DNA of 64,000 nucleotides from Tubiluchus corallicola (taxonomy: Eukaryota; Animalia; Priapulida): the NCBI GenBank assembly GCA_030141605.1, contig JAQGDQ010000485.1, positions 62,001-126,000 of the forward strand, written 5' to 3'. The translations under genes and the position numbers were made by a program. Position 1 is the stretch's first letter. The number at the start of each line of letters is the position of its first letter. Below the pieces are notes generated by a model that did not search any database, was not told where the DNA came from, and worked only from the letters and a program-made list of their open reading frames with translations. Shown piece after piece: positions 27,901-40,720 of the stretch.

Positions 27901-28397
27901 GGAGAGAGGAGGCAGTATGTTCGCATGAAGCAAAAAAATGTTACCTTGGCGCGAGGCCCCCCTGGAGGGTGAGGCCCCGGGGAAGTATCCCCACTTCCCC
28001 CCCTTGAGATAGACCCTGGCTCAAACTAATTTTACTGAAGCACTTCCTAGTTCTCTCAGCAGTAATTTTTGTCCAGATATTGTCTGGTAGATTAGTATTT
28101 ATATTCAATTCTAACGATTCTGAACATAAATTGTATGATGTTAATATTATTTATATTACGGAGTTTACAAGTTACGATTCTTGTTTGACTTTCACTTCAC
28201 GTGATGCCAACATATTTTTCATTCTTTTTGCTGCTGCAAATATGAAAGCAGGACTGTTTATCTTTATTTTATTATGTGCCGTTTTTCAGTTCAACAAGCA
28301 AAATGGTTATGGAACACCTGAACACCCGTCCAAGAAGCATGTGCGGAGCAAGTCAGGTGGCGAGGCTTTTTCTTTGTTATATAAAGGTTCCGTGTAA
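18994..28397 (+). CDS. ARHGAP19: Rho GTPase-activating protein, ARHGAP19-like, multi-exon; 3' end uncertain
   Basis: Phase-consistent GT-AG exons: 18994-19228, 20024-20110, 20453-20662, 21018-21123, 23358-23475, 24575-24661, 26360-26479, 27259-27438, 28290-~28387/28397. Peptides PEKFTEL, GIFGAPLTREGI, GLFRKSG, LKTFLGELPEPLL, NRMNADNLGMMFAPHILCP and MPDSSKKRKLIKQFNKQ match ARHGAP19 as recalled. An acceptor ending at 18979 precedes the ATG. Further exons (~29535, ~32021) are possible but unresolved. Confidence 0.9.
21352..22722 (-). repeat. Inverted duplicate of 24264-25632, with an antisense copy of RhoGAP exon 6 at 22323-22409
   Basis: Continuous reverse-complement match over ~1.37 kb with a few substitutions. 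Confidence 0.95.
22763..23274. mobile_element. hAT-type MITE
   Basis: TIR CAGGGT(G/C)CAT(G/A)AGATTATGGATAT; perfect 8-bp TSD TTAATGAA. Confidence 0.9.
23518..24183. mobile_element. Tigger/pogo-like MITE
   Basis: Starts TA|CAGTCTAGTCTCGTTATCTCGCC; right end GGCGGCATAACGAGGCTA is a degenerate inverted match; internal GGCGAG repeats. Confidence 0.6.
25695..26087. mobile_element. Tigger-like MITE
   Basis: TIR CAGTGTTCCCTC / GAGGGAACACTG with TA flanks; related copy at ~56706-57188. Confidence 0.88.
27634..28018. mobile_element. GC-rich hAT-like MITE
   Basis: TIR C(A/G)GGG(G)CCTATTTCA; TSD CCTCAAAC/GCTCAAAC; an inverted shorter relative lies at 29008-29242. Confidence 0.8.
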
Positions 28398-29007
28398 ATT
28401 ATTATTCATTATTTTTATTGGCATTTAAATGTTTCTTGCAATTATTGCTTTTGCATTTCCTCTCAATCATGTGGCTGTTTCTGACGAAGTTGGTACTTGT
28501 TACATTTCTGTTTAGCGGTGATTAGGGTCCAGAACCCTTTGCCAACAAATGTTCTTAAAATTTGCTGATTTCTGATTTGTTACTGGGATGGTCATCATGA
28601 AACCTAATGCAAAATTATCTTTCAATTGCTGTATTCTGGGCCTTCAAAAGTTCTTATTATGCTCTAAGCATTTTTGTTGTTTGGTTTATGTTTTGAAATG
28701 GTCGTGATCATTACAACACACGATGTTTAGTCTTAAATTGTTTTATGTAACAAGTCAATCATTTTGTAAATTTAGAAACGGGTGTTTAATCCTAAGAGAG
28801 GAAAATCCAATTATGGAAGCGACGTGGAAAATTTGTTCGAGAAGGTAAAATGTTTTAAATGACATTTTTGTTTTACAGCTTATTGTACTTCTTTCAAAGC
28901 TGACGAATATCTGATACTGATTGTTCCATAATTCTTTTGCAATCATGCCACTTATCTAAAGTAATGACATACTAAAATCTGAAGCTTCTCGCTGAAGATA
29001 ATACAGG

Positions 29008-29115
29008 CAGGGCCTATTTCAAGGGGGGAAGTGGGGATACTTCCCCGGGGGCCTAGGGGGCCTCGTACCAATGTAACATTTTTTTTAGTTTATGTGAACA
29101 TACTGCCTCCTCGCC

Positions 29116-29162
<47 letters not shown>

Positions 29163-29242
29163 TCTCTCTCTCTCCCCCACCCCCCGAGGAGGCCTCACAC
29201 ACTCCACTTCCCTGGGCCTCGCTTAGGCTGAAATAGGCCCTG
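29008..29242. mobile_element. MITE of the same family as 27634-28018 (inverted), containing a (CT)n microsatellite
   Basis: TIR CAGGGCCTATTTCA / TGAAATAGGCCCTG; flanks ATAATACAGG / ATTATACAGG; (CT)n at ~29120-29174. Confidence 0.8.
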
Positions 29243-29856
29243 ATTATACAGGCATAAAGTAATTTTTACTTACTGATAAAAAAATAACAGGGCGATTATT
29301 GAAGTATAGTGTGTTATTTCACTTTAGTATGTATAGAAACTACTGGACAATACTTTAAAGTCAGTTTCTCCTTCTGTGAGCAAACTTCCAATTGATATCA
29401 GACATGTGACAAAGGTTGAGACACATTTAAAAACACGCCAAAGGGTTTTCTGTTTGATCACCACACTTATTTATCATTTTTGCAATAACTATAGTATCAT
29501 TTTTATCATAGTATCATTTTTGCAATAACTATAGAAAGAAGACTGTAGATCAAAGGCACAGGTTTCTGGTATGGAAACTGCAAGGTGTTTTGATGTGAAT
29601 TCGAATCTGCCAAACGTTGCCAATACGAAATCAGATCAGCCTTTGCAGAAAACTGGCAAGTGCACAGTGTGGTGAAGTTGTCCTCCGAGGTTCGTTTTAC
29701 TATGTATTAAGCATAGTTTATTATGGCTATGGCAGAAAAAAACGTGTTAATTAAGTTTACTTATTATTCATTATTTTTATTAGCAAAAATTGTTCCTGGC
29801 ATACTCGACTAGTTGTTTCTGCTTTGATAAGAGGCTACTGCTGTTCTTGTTGGAAT

Positions 29857-30290
29857 CTGGGGCGGAACTAGGGGGGGGGGCGCCCCCCTTGTCAAAATTT
29901 GTGCCCCCCCTCCCTGCAAAATCGAACAAATAATTTTTTTGCAGTGAAAATTGCAGTTCGCATGTAATCATTTTCAATATGAATTAGAATTAGGTAAAAA
30001 AATGTTTGGTAGCTTCGGTGTATTATTTTCTTAAAACTTGTGTGTGATAAATTTCTGTAAATAACAATTTAGTTAGAGGCACATTAATAACGTTAGGTTA
30101 ACTGAGAGTTAATTTTCTCATTATTGCTCTGTCTGCTACGCCGTCCTACACACATGCTAATTATAGGCCTGCATGCAGTATGAAAGGGGTTAAAATTGGC
30201 TTAACCATTATTAACCACTTCGGATACCTCGCCCCCCAGAAAATTTTTGCGCCCACCTCCCCCTGCTTGCCACATCTAGTTCCGGCCCTG
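29857..30290. mobile_element. hAT-type MITE
   Basis: TIR CTGGGGCGGAACTAG / CTAGTTCCGGCCCTG; perfect 8-bp TSD GTTGGAAT. Confidence 0.88.
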
Positions 30291-30767
30291 GTTGGAATGT
30301 ACAAGATTGGTTTGTAACGACTGCTAAGATTTCCCGCATTGGTTTTGTTCCTGATCTGTTGCTTAGCAGGTTTATCATACAGTTTATTTATTTGCGTCTG
30401 AAATAAATCAGTTAACCACCTAGGTTAATGAGTTTTGTCTGATCCTTCGATCATGCACAGTTCCAGTATGCTTAATATTCACAGCACGTATTGTTTTCTG
30501 CTTGTCAAATGACACTTTATAAAAAAATACCTCACATTTAGGTTGTATTGTGTCATCACGATATATAATTCTTACTATTATTTCAAAAATGCTTGAAAAT
30601 TGCAGTAAAACTGTAGTTCACTAATGCTGAAAAGTAGTTTTCATGAAATTTTAGCGAGAAGGCTGTAGTTACTGCAATTAGCCCAGAAAGTTCTCACTAG
30701 CAGCCAATTCAAGAGTTGAAAGAAAAACTCTTTATGCTGCTATATTTGCTAGTGAACAGTATCCAAG

Positions 30768-31524
30768 TATAGGTTTTACATGTCAAATGTAGACACAGGA
30801 AAGTTCAAATGTGACTTAGGTAAGTCAAATGTAGACATAGGAATTTCGAATGTGTTTTGGTAACTCAAATGTGACTTAGGTAAGTCAAATGTAGATGTAC
30901 TACTTTGAATAAATCGGTAATTACCTTATTTAAGTGCAAATTACGAAAGATAAATCAAAGATAGTCATCACCTCTTTCATAACTTTGAAAAATGTGTTGT
31001 TTATCGTCAAATTAAATTCTTTGATAAACCATAACGTCGGTAGAAAAGAATATATTGGTCTCCACTTCCCAATGAACAGTGAATCACTAATTAGTTTTTT
31101 AAGTAATGCATTAGCTTTGCATTAATGAATTAGTTTCTCTCAAGAAACATTGTTTATTTTAAGAATGTATTGTTTTCTCTAACAGTTCCAATGGTATGTC
31201 AAGTTTGCAGAATGAACTATTACTAGACCTATAAAGTTATTATTTTAACATTCTTAAGAGCAATTATTAAGTTAAGATCAAAGAAGATTAAATAGATTAA
31301 ATTTTACTTCATTAAGCTTTACCACCTATCCACATTTGAGATACCATTGTCACATTTGACTTGACATGTGATAAGATTTCTTAAAAACGCTTAAGATTTT
31401 TTGAAAACCATTGTTAACACATTTGAACTACCAAAGTCTACATTTGAGTTACCAAGACACATTTGAATTACCTAAATCTACATTTGAGTTAACGCAGGTC
31501 TACATTTGACATGTAAAACCTATA
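30768..31524. mobile_element. Foldback-like non-autonomous DNA transposon with repetitive inverted arms
   Basis: Perfect TIR TATAGGTTTTACATGTCAAATGTAGAC; subterminal TCAAATGT repeats mirrored by ACATTTGA repeats; CAAG on both flanks. Confidence 0.85.
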
Positions 31525-33789
31525 CAAGAAGATCGAGCATGTTTTGCTGTATGGCATATTAGCAACAGTATGCAAAAAAATGCATAGAACTTTTCAGAAA
31601 ACAGATGAGCGTGTGCTCTAGCTATGAAAAAATATTTGCAAATATTCCCGTATCCCTGACTGCATAGCCGATTGTCGCGGCCTAATTTTTCTATTGTGAT
31701 CAGTGCTTTCTCTTGTGGTTTTCATTCACTGAGATTCTTCTAAATTTAACCTCTGATTGCGCGCTTTCGTAAGTGGTGGTTAGTTTTCATACACTCAAAT
31801 TAGGTCATGTGACATTGACTGGCTTTTTATAGAATATATAAAACATTAATGCAAATACAAGGGCAATCATTGAAAAAATCTAAATTTTTTTACCGACATT
31901 ACCCCAATACGCACTATTTAATGACCGTTTCTCCTCCATCTTTTTTTCTTTTTCACCTGACAGCACACAGTGGTAGGCTGAAATGTCCTTTGTTCGCTTT
32001 CATATTACATGGCATTGTAGGATGTTTTGGTGGGGTGTGTTCTCCAACACTGTATTAATAAGCATGTCTGGTATGATGAAACTTCGACTGATCAACTCCG
32101 TGATTGTAAAGAGCTGACATCGAAGAACAAAAAGAGAGAAAAATTTGTTTCGTGTGAACAGCGAGTATTATGAAAAGCTTTCAAGGGTACTGAGTACTGA
32201 CAGACACTCAGTTTACTAAAGCAATTAGAAAATTGCATTTTTTTTATTCTTTCATCCCCCCCCCCCCAGAAAACATGGTAATGAGAATTTGGCTAGCACT
32301 GACTGATCCCAAGTCACCTTGGGCTCTTCTTTCAGGAAAATGTTGACTATCGTACGGAAAAGCTACAAAAAGATCCACGAAATGTCTGTGAAACAATAGA
32401 TTACACCTGGCATAGTGTTTTACTTTTTGAAATTTTCACACGTTATGGTATTCAGTGCTTGTTAAAAGTTGGGCGAGTAAAGTGTTTTATTTTCTGTAGT
32501 TTCAAATGATGTCAACAGTTTCAGAACAAGCAAGTTAAAAAATAAGATAAAGTACAAGTGAAAGAAGTCATACTAGAATTGTGATAATATGTGCTGTGAC
32601 AATCAACTTTCAAGTTGTCTATAGCACGGGTGTGCAAATTGTGCAACTAGCCGGGCCACATTAAACTTTGCCGCAATTCCTGCGGGCCACAGGCACATTG
32701 ATCAAGGAGCCAAGTACAGAAAGGCCTAATAATGATTTTTTTGCATCCGACCTGCGTACGTCATTTTCTATAGTTTCAAATGATGTCAACAGTTTCAGAA
32801 CAAGCAAGTTAAAAAATAAGATAAAGTTTAATAAAAAAAATATTTCAAGATGACTTCTGCCCGTGCAGTTTTTGTGTTTTACCATGTATTGTTAAAAGCA
32901 CTAGAGATACCAGTGATATCGTTCAAAAACTAACATGGCTTATTTGTGCCTGTACAAAACTTATCAATTTTTAAATATAATATAGTTATCAGCTATGTCT
33001 AAGCTGCATTTTGAGGTCCAGTCATATTTCTGCTTTAAGAGAAGATACGTGTGTCTGTTCTTTATGAAACTAAAGTTTAATCTCGCATTTTCATTACAGG
33101 CCGGGAATGGACGATGAAATGTGCAATTTTTACATCATGTACTGGGTGGATGATGGTAATCTCCTTCATAAGAAGAACTGCTTGACGGCTTATTATTGAA
33201 ATGCATTATTGAAGTTTTGTTTCACTTACTGCTGTAAGTTGCTCTAAGTTGTGACAAGAATTTTGTAGTTTTTTTGCCATTCTAGTTAACTAATCATTGT
33301 ACTCTCAACTCAAAAATAAATTCCATCTAAATGTGATATATATTATATTGTAATTTAATACAATTCACAGTTATTTTTGTGTATGTGAACACTGAACATG
33401 TTGTAATTACAACAAGAAATTTACACATATGGCACTAGAAGCATGCTTTATCTTCATTGCTCTAGTCAATTATTATAACTTGGTTAGCTTTTTGCAAAGA
33501 ATAAATTCCAGTTAAGTTTCAAATGTCATTTACATTATACCGTTTTATCATTGGTCTAATATCTAGCCTCGGTATTACGAATTAGAGAGAACTAGTTAGC
33601 ATAAAAACTACTTCTGAGGTAATCCTACCTAATTTATCATTATCAGGTCAATCTTGGGAAGTTAATGATGACCATTACTTTCTATACGTTTTTTAGCTGT
33701 ATTCTGTTACGCACAATGACAAGTGAAAGAAATCATACTAGAATTGTGATAATATGTGCTGTGACAATCAACTTTCAAGTTGTCTACAG

Positions 33790-34270
33790 CACGGGTGTGC
33801 AAATTGTGCAACTAGCCGGGCCACATTAAACTTTCCCGCAATTCCTGCGGGCCACAGGCACATTGATCAAGGAGCCAAGTACAGAAAGGCCTAATAATGA
33901 TTTTTTTGCATCCGACCTGCGTACGTCATTACTACTACACTCAAGAAACTATTTTAGAAGTTATTAAAATTTATATTATAAACCATATATTTCTACTTTC
34001 ACGACAAATAGTGGTAATTTCATTACAGTGCATATTAGTAATGTGTATCACACAGTCTGTGTAGTACAGTGACGTTAAGCTACAACCGTCTCGTAAGGGT
34101 TAATGGCATCCGATCTAGTAGAAAAAACTACCTGCACTATCTTTGAATCGTGGCACGGACATCACCTGGATACACTCAATTAATCGTCCGGGCCGCATTT
34201 TCATTAGGTTGACAAATCTCTTCACGGGCCGCACAAATTCTCTCAGCGGGCCACAATTTGCACACCCCTG
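33790..34270. mobile_element. hAT-type MITE, same family as 4439-4919
   Basis: TIR CA(C/G)GGGTGTGCAAATTGTG; TSD GTCTACAG/GTCTATAG. Confidence 0.9.
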
Positions 34271-35868
34271 GTCTATAGCAAGTTGTGAAATCAGACAACA
34301 TAACACAATCACCATCACCCATTCTGTAAAATAATACATTACTATTCTTAAGTATTGATTTTATTCATTAACTTGAATTCTTGATGACTGTTTAAATTTT
34401 CTATTCAGTTTTTAACTTATAGTAGATATTTGTATTTTGCTAGAATAAAATGAAATTTTTTGTTTTGAATTTAATTTTCGGCTGAAATGAAACAATTAAT
34501 TATTCACTGGCATGTAACTTGTCATGTATAGTTCAGGATGTAATGTAGATAAACTGCCAACAGCGAGTTTATAAACTACTTAAAAATTTCATAGAGATTT
34601 ATATATACAGTAATTGTTTATAATTCATCCATTCTGTAAACATAGTTATATTAATTTTTGCTAGATTTGAAATTACATTTTTTATTTTTAATGCACATTT
34701 TATGAATATTTACATTGTCATAATATAATAACTTACGAATTTAACTGCATTTAACAGTTCTTGCAAGATTTAGTAATAAACAAAAAAGACCAAGATTGCA
34801 ATTAATGTAAATTTGCAAACCTAGTTTGATAAATATTATATCATTATTATTATTTATTAAGCCATTTGCAGGACGCACTATATTATTTGATCAAGGTCAC
34901 GCCCTACACTGCTTCAAGACGAGCAATTAAATGATCCTTTATATTTTTTGTTGTAAATAACGTATTTATTTATTGTACTTTGTTTATTTGTAAAAGTTAA
35001 TGAAATGATGCTACTAATTTATTTTAATATGTTTTGTTTAAAAGATTTATACACATACTATTGGTGAATTTACCCTTAAATTTCAATTTTTAGTGGTGAA
35101 TTTAGCATATCATTTGTTTAGTTATCACCTTGGCAACTTATCAAGTAATTTAAGCTGGTTTAGATGTGTAACTTATGTTAAGAGATATAGCTTCAAAATC
35201 AAAGACATTTTTTGCCTAAATGTAGTGTTTTGTTTTCTGTCTGAAAACGTCATCGATCATACCATCAGATACATCTATAATAGCCTCTAGCCTAGATACC
35301 ATACACTTTCTTCTAGACTAGTCACACCACGTTTTAGATAATATGACATAACAAACTACTTACATGCCTGAGGTGAGTGTGTTGCCAGTAAATTAGAGAA
35401 GTAGTTTGGAAACTAATGGAAACACATATTTTATTTGAATAAATTTTGTTGTCAATTTTCTTGTAAATAGAATTTGCATATGATAAGCAATAGCTTTTCT
35501 TGAAGTATAACGTTTAACTGATTGTTAATACTCCTTAAACAACAGAAAGTACAAAGTGAAGTACAAGTTGACTTTTTAAAATTTGCTGCACTGCCTTGTC
35601 TATGGCATTTTAAGTTAAACATTCAATGCAACAGTACTTATGCTGTACAACATTCACTGTAAGTACATATTCAATGCCTTGCACAAAAATATCTAAATCT
35701 ATTAACTCTCGTATTGTAATACGTTTGGCTCAGTTTTCTCCACTGCTTAAGTTTATAGTAACTTCCATTTAAAGTTATGGTTTTAAAAAAAACTCAGTAT
35801 GACAAAAAGTATAATTGCTGAAAGGTAAGTAGAACAATTTCTCCCTAGAATATAAAGCAATACTTTAC

Positions 35869-35987
35869 CTGATTATGTAAAACATAATATTTTAGTGAAT
35901 GTACCCTTTTTGGCTTTCCTGCCAGATTCCTCTGCCTCCTTGTAGCGATGTTTTGCTACCAACCAGTGCATGGTTTCTGGAACTAAC
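35869..35987 (-). pseudogene. Isolated exon-like fragment resembling an SLC22/MFS transporter
   Basis: Minus-strand acceptor CTACAG, then LVPETMHWLVAKHRYKEAEE (compare the PESPRWL..KGR.EEA motif), an in-frame TAA and donor GTAAAG; no other exons recognised. Confidence 0.5.
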
Positions 35988-37248
35988 CTGTAGAGACAAA
36001 GCAGTTAAATAAATCTGCTGTAGTAGTATAGTTCCGTAGTATGTCTCTGCAGAATCAATCTTTGGATTTGAAATTTTATCGCTGAGTATTAATATGAATT
36101 CTACTTGTGTAACCCTCGGAAAGAATAGGATATTTATTGCGCAAAATATTTCTAATTTCAATAACGTTGCTATTAGTAATTGTGATATACTTATCTATGA
36201 GCTGTACTGGCTTACTTGAAGGGGAAAACCACCTACCTCGTTTTCGTGCAAAGAAATTCGTCGGATTTTGTATTATATGCTCAGTGACTAATGTAAGTAT
36301 TCTTGTAAATTATTACTCATAAATGTTTATCAATTGCACTGTTTTAACGTGTAATCTAATCCTGATTTATGCTATAGGTAACTGAGCATGTATAATCATC
36401 ATTACGTTATAGTCATCATCAACTGCATTTCAAGACGCATGAGATGCAAACTTACGTTCAACATGCGTCTCTTAGGTTAAGTTATTAGTAGTTGGATGAT
36501 ATTTAGTTACCATTTATTCGTATATCACGTTGCATTCACGTTAGCGAAATAAAAGAACGCAACATTGGCCTAATTATAACACACTCGCACAACATACAAA
36601 ATGGATAATAACGGTTCCAAAGGAACAGATTTGCAAGTAAAATTTAAGGCATGAAAAGTTTACATAAACAGCACAAGCAAAAAATGGGGAACTAACCTTG
36701 ACCGTTACAATTTCAAATTGTGGGTGCAGATGCCTTCGTTATGTTTCTTGGGAGGCCGACAAACTTGCGCCACCTGCATTTTTCAACTGCACTTTTTTCA
36801 AATATTGCAAGTTCATCCATGACAAAACATTCGAAATTTGCGTTTCTCGGGAGAATTAGCCACAGGAGTCAGACTGTACGCTGTAGCGCTTTGGAAAAAG
36901 TGATGGTTCTTCTGGACTGAGTTGTTGCGTAATTGTATAGCACATGAACGATGATTTTACTCCTTTGCAGCTTTTTAGCTTTGACCCTTGCAAGTCGCAT
37001 AGCACTTAACCACAAGTTTCAGATGTTTTAATGATAAAGTAATTTTAAGTTCTAATTAAATTCGAAGGTTTCCCTTGCCAAATGCTTGTAAATTCAGTAA
37101 TGTTAGCTGAGTAATCCTTTTAATGTATTTAAACTTATTTACAGGTTAGATGTAGGTGTCTTTTACACGTGAAAGCCAACACAAATACTTAGTAGGATAA
37201 ATTAGCATATTTACTAAAAACACACAGGCAATTCTGGCAAAGATATAC

Positions 37249-38396
37249 ATGATTACAATGAAGACTGATGGTCAAAATACTGAAAAATGCGATCCTGAGG
37301 TCACTTACCTCTCGAGGTATTTAGAAGAAGATATAAAAAATATAAATATGGCATTTAGTCATTACAAGCTAAAAATGAATAATGACAAAACAGAATTCAT
37401 GATACTGTCACCCTCATTAAATACTAATGATGCATCATCAACCACTTTGACAATAGATAATGCTGTAATCAAACAAACTAACAATGTTAAATTCCTGGGC
37501 ATACAAGTAGACAATAATCTTTCATGGGATGATCACTTTAATAACATATACACAAAAATGGCATCTAGCACATCATATCTCCGACAAGTTAAAGGGCAAC
37601 TAACAAAGGAAACTAAAACACTAATATATAAAACTTTAGTTCTACCACACTTCTTATATGGATGTACGCTACTTCAAAAAACCAAAAGAGAAAATTACTT
37701 AAAATTAAATCTCCTTCAAAACTATGCATTGAGATTGATAGCTGGGTACTCATACAAACACAAGGCAGGTAGACAAAAATTCAAAGCTTCAACAACTAAC
37801 CTGAGAAAAACTTTAAAATTCCCAATCATTGAAGCACACAAAGAATATTTTACTCTGCTTTTTATATTTAAATACATTAACAACATCAGCAAACCATTCC
37901 AGAATAACAGATTTACCTTTTTTCCAAATCCTATCGTTAATTCCAGAACAAGCAATCTAAAACAAATTAGGACAAATACCCACTATGGAACGAACTCTGT
38001 AATCAAACAAGCAATTTTACTTTGGAATTCTCTACCATTACAGGTTAAACAAATCAAGTCCCTATCAGCATTTAAAACAAAATTAAAATCACTAATATTA
38101 ACCAGATATGAAATACCATCACACCAGTACGACAACATACACACTAATTCCGAATTCATATACCCACGGCCATATTAATTAAATCATAGTTTTTTTAATA
38201 TTTTTTTGTGTATAGTTGTAAATATGTTTGATTTTATTCGTCATTACTGCACAGTAGTTTAGATTGCACTGACGCATTTGCCTTCAGCAGTGTAAGTTTT
38301 TATTAACTAACACTGATTGATTATCTCTATAAAGTTTTTATCAGTGATTATCAATGTTTTTAATGGCAAATAAAGATTATTATATATATATATATA
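37249..38396 (+). mobile_element. 5'-truncated CR1/L2-type LINE (ORF2 C-terminal part and 3' UTR)
   Basis: 309-aa ORF 37249-38178 with LKMNNDKTEFMIL, VKFLGIQVDNNLSWDDH, IYKTLVLPHFLYG and LWNSLP; AATAAA and (TA)n tail at ~38368-38396; true 5' junction probably near 37290-37320. Confidence 0.88.
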
Positions 38397-39437
38397 GGTA
38401 ACCAAAGATCAGATACAAAATGCATCCACATCTGAAATAAAACCTGGGTGTATGAAGATTATGCTGAAATTTTCATGCTTTAATGATAAATGCACAATTG
38501 TTTGGCTTATTAGCTCCACTATTGTCTGGTCTGCTTGATTGACAATGACTGTGTCAAATTTTGCTTCTGTGGCTGCGTCTGCACTCGCTCAGTCAAATCA
38601 GTTTAGACTTTTCTGCTAAGACATTTCATTTCCGCGAAGATTTCCCTTATTGTTATTGCTGTTATTTTGCAAAAGTAGTAATTGCCTGTCTACCTGAACG
38701 ACTACTATATTTTTGGAAGTTGTGCTTACAGATCACTGGCATAGCAGTGTTTAGGTTTTTGCTGGATTACGACAGTGCTTGAGTTGCCTTGAGCCCGTAT
38801 TTCTTTTATTTTAGAATTCTGCCTGTCCAGTGTCCACAATAGGCTTAAGGCTTACGCCCAAGGTAAGGAGCGTAACGATGGTGATAATATTATGATGTTT
38901 ACATCTATGCGTTCTGTTTTTATCGTGATGTTCGAGGCAGCTACTTAAAAAATTTCTGAATTTTAAAGCTAAGCAGATAGTAAAGCATACCCTTGAATGA
39001 ATTCATTGTTCCTTTCGAAGATTGTGGTAGTCGTCGTGCAGGGCTATATTTTTGTCAGGCATTACAATTGTTTATTTTGAAAGTGTTTCACTATTTCAAT
39101 TTATTTATTTCACATCAATAGTATGTCATAGTAACATACCTTTTACATATGATATTTATATATATGTACATCACTGCATAATTTTAGTTCAAGTTAACAG
39201 GTATAATGATAACAATTCGTGTTTGTTTATGATTAGACTACTGCAGCAATTCAAGATGCTTGTAATCGCTATAAGAATGGCTGAATGTGAAATAGAAACA
39301 AGAGGGAGAATCTATGTACTATGTTATGGCTAAAATGAGAAAATTATGGAAGAAGATGTGAGAATTATAGTTGTTATGATAGCGCCAACGTGCAAGCACG
39401 TGTAATAATGAACTCAGTAAATGATGAAATTATTAAC

Positions 39438-39808
39438 TGTTGTGTTTTGTTTCTCTCGGAAGGCTCGTAGAGAAAACCAGAAAACACTTCGTCAAATTAA
39501 ACTAATTTATTAAGCGAGAATTCTACAACACAAAAGTATGAAGGAACGCAAAATGATTACACTAAACGTGAAAATCTGGAAAACGTTTAAGTGTATCTGA
39601 AAATGTAAGTATACGAGAGAATGTGTAAGTGGCGTCCGTGTGAATCTGTGTGCTCCCGTCTCAGCGGCCTGCTTCGCCTTATATAGCGTGCCCGAGAAGG
39701 TTCTAGAAGTTTTGTTCCATAACATTCTACAAGGTAAGACGGTTATTCTAACGGAACATTCTACAATGTTCTATGTAATTCTAATAGATGCCAGCGATCT
39801 CTACAACA
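39438..39808 (-). mobile_element. Solo LTR
   Basis: TGTTGT...ACAACA termini; 5-bp TSD TTAAC; inverted copy at 47412-47775. Confidence 0.88.
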
Positions 39809-40664
39809 TTAACAATAATTAATAAATACAATAATAATATTGTTTCGATGGGTTGATCTTCTTTGCTTGCTACAAGTTCTCAGTCACTCTTAATCACCCT
39901 GTACATTGAATATTTATCTATCAAAATTGTTTTTAACAGCAACAGTTTCCAATCCCTTAACAGTAACAACTAGTCCACAACAGTAACATCTTTAGCAGGG
40001 ATGCGCGGAGTATTCGGATCACCGACTTTTTCCGGAATATATATATATGTTTGGGCTTTCAAAACCAAATTTGAAGCTAGATTACATTTTGCTCTTTCTT
40101 CCTTCTTTATTTACCAAAACATATCATTCCATCTAAACAAAACCATAAACAAATGACAAAAAATAAATAACACTAGCCAAAAGTCAATTTTACATAATTC
40201 AGAGTTTCATACTGCACCGTCGCATTAATCAATAAATAGCTGTTATCTAATAGTAAATTTAAATTTTATAAAGTAATTAGAGTATATACGTACGTTTTTA
40301 GCCCCAAATCATAAGCAATTGCAACAGATAACGACTACATTTAATCAACCCACCATGACACGTCCTCACTTCACACGCCTCTGACACCGATCAAACTGAT
40401 CACGTGTCCACGCCAAAAAAATCACCACAAGGTGGCCAAAGCCAACAACAAGTGGAGGCCACCAAGCATACCAATGCCAGATTTCTAGTACAATATACAT
40501 ATGTAAAATGTTGGAAGCTGCTATTTTGAAATTGAAGAGCAAATTTATTTATAAACACTTCTGGGTGCTGAGTTAAAAGTAGAGTGTTATCGTGCAATGA
40601 TTTATAGATTTAATAACTATCTGAATTTTTTCTGCCACTTAAGAAATAACATTGTAATTTCTCG

Positions 40665-40720
40665 GTTCTTATTTGGATGGTAATCATTCGACGAAAAGAA
40701 GACTGATACCTATGGAGCCA
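40665..40720 (+). pseudogene. Displaced, decayed original 5' end of ZNF copy 4
   Basis: Mutated acceptor TGTAATTTCTCG|GTT, then ATGGAGCCA at 40712 fused through GCCA to the copied cassette. Confidence 0.6.

Noticed and set aside
29535-33200. Additional 3' RhoGAP exons (~29535-29656, ~30655, ~32021-32170, ~33100)
   Set aside because: Acceptor-like sites and open frames exist, but I could not build a phase-consistent chain or recognise homology, so they are not called.
37249-38178. Host protein-coding gene of 309 aa
   Set aside because: It is the C-terminal part of a LINE ORF2 lacking the endonuclease and RT catalytic core; the first codons come from flanking DNA.
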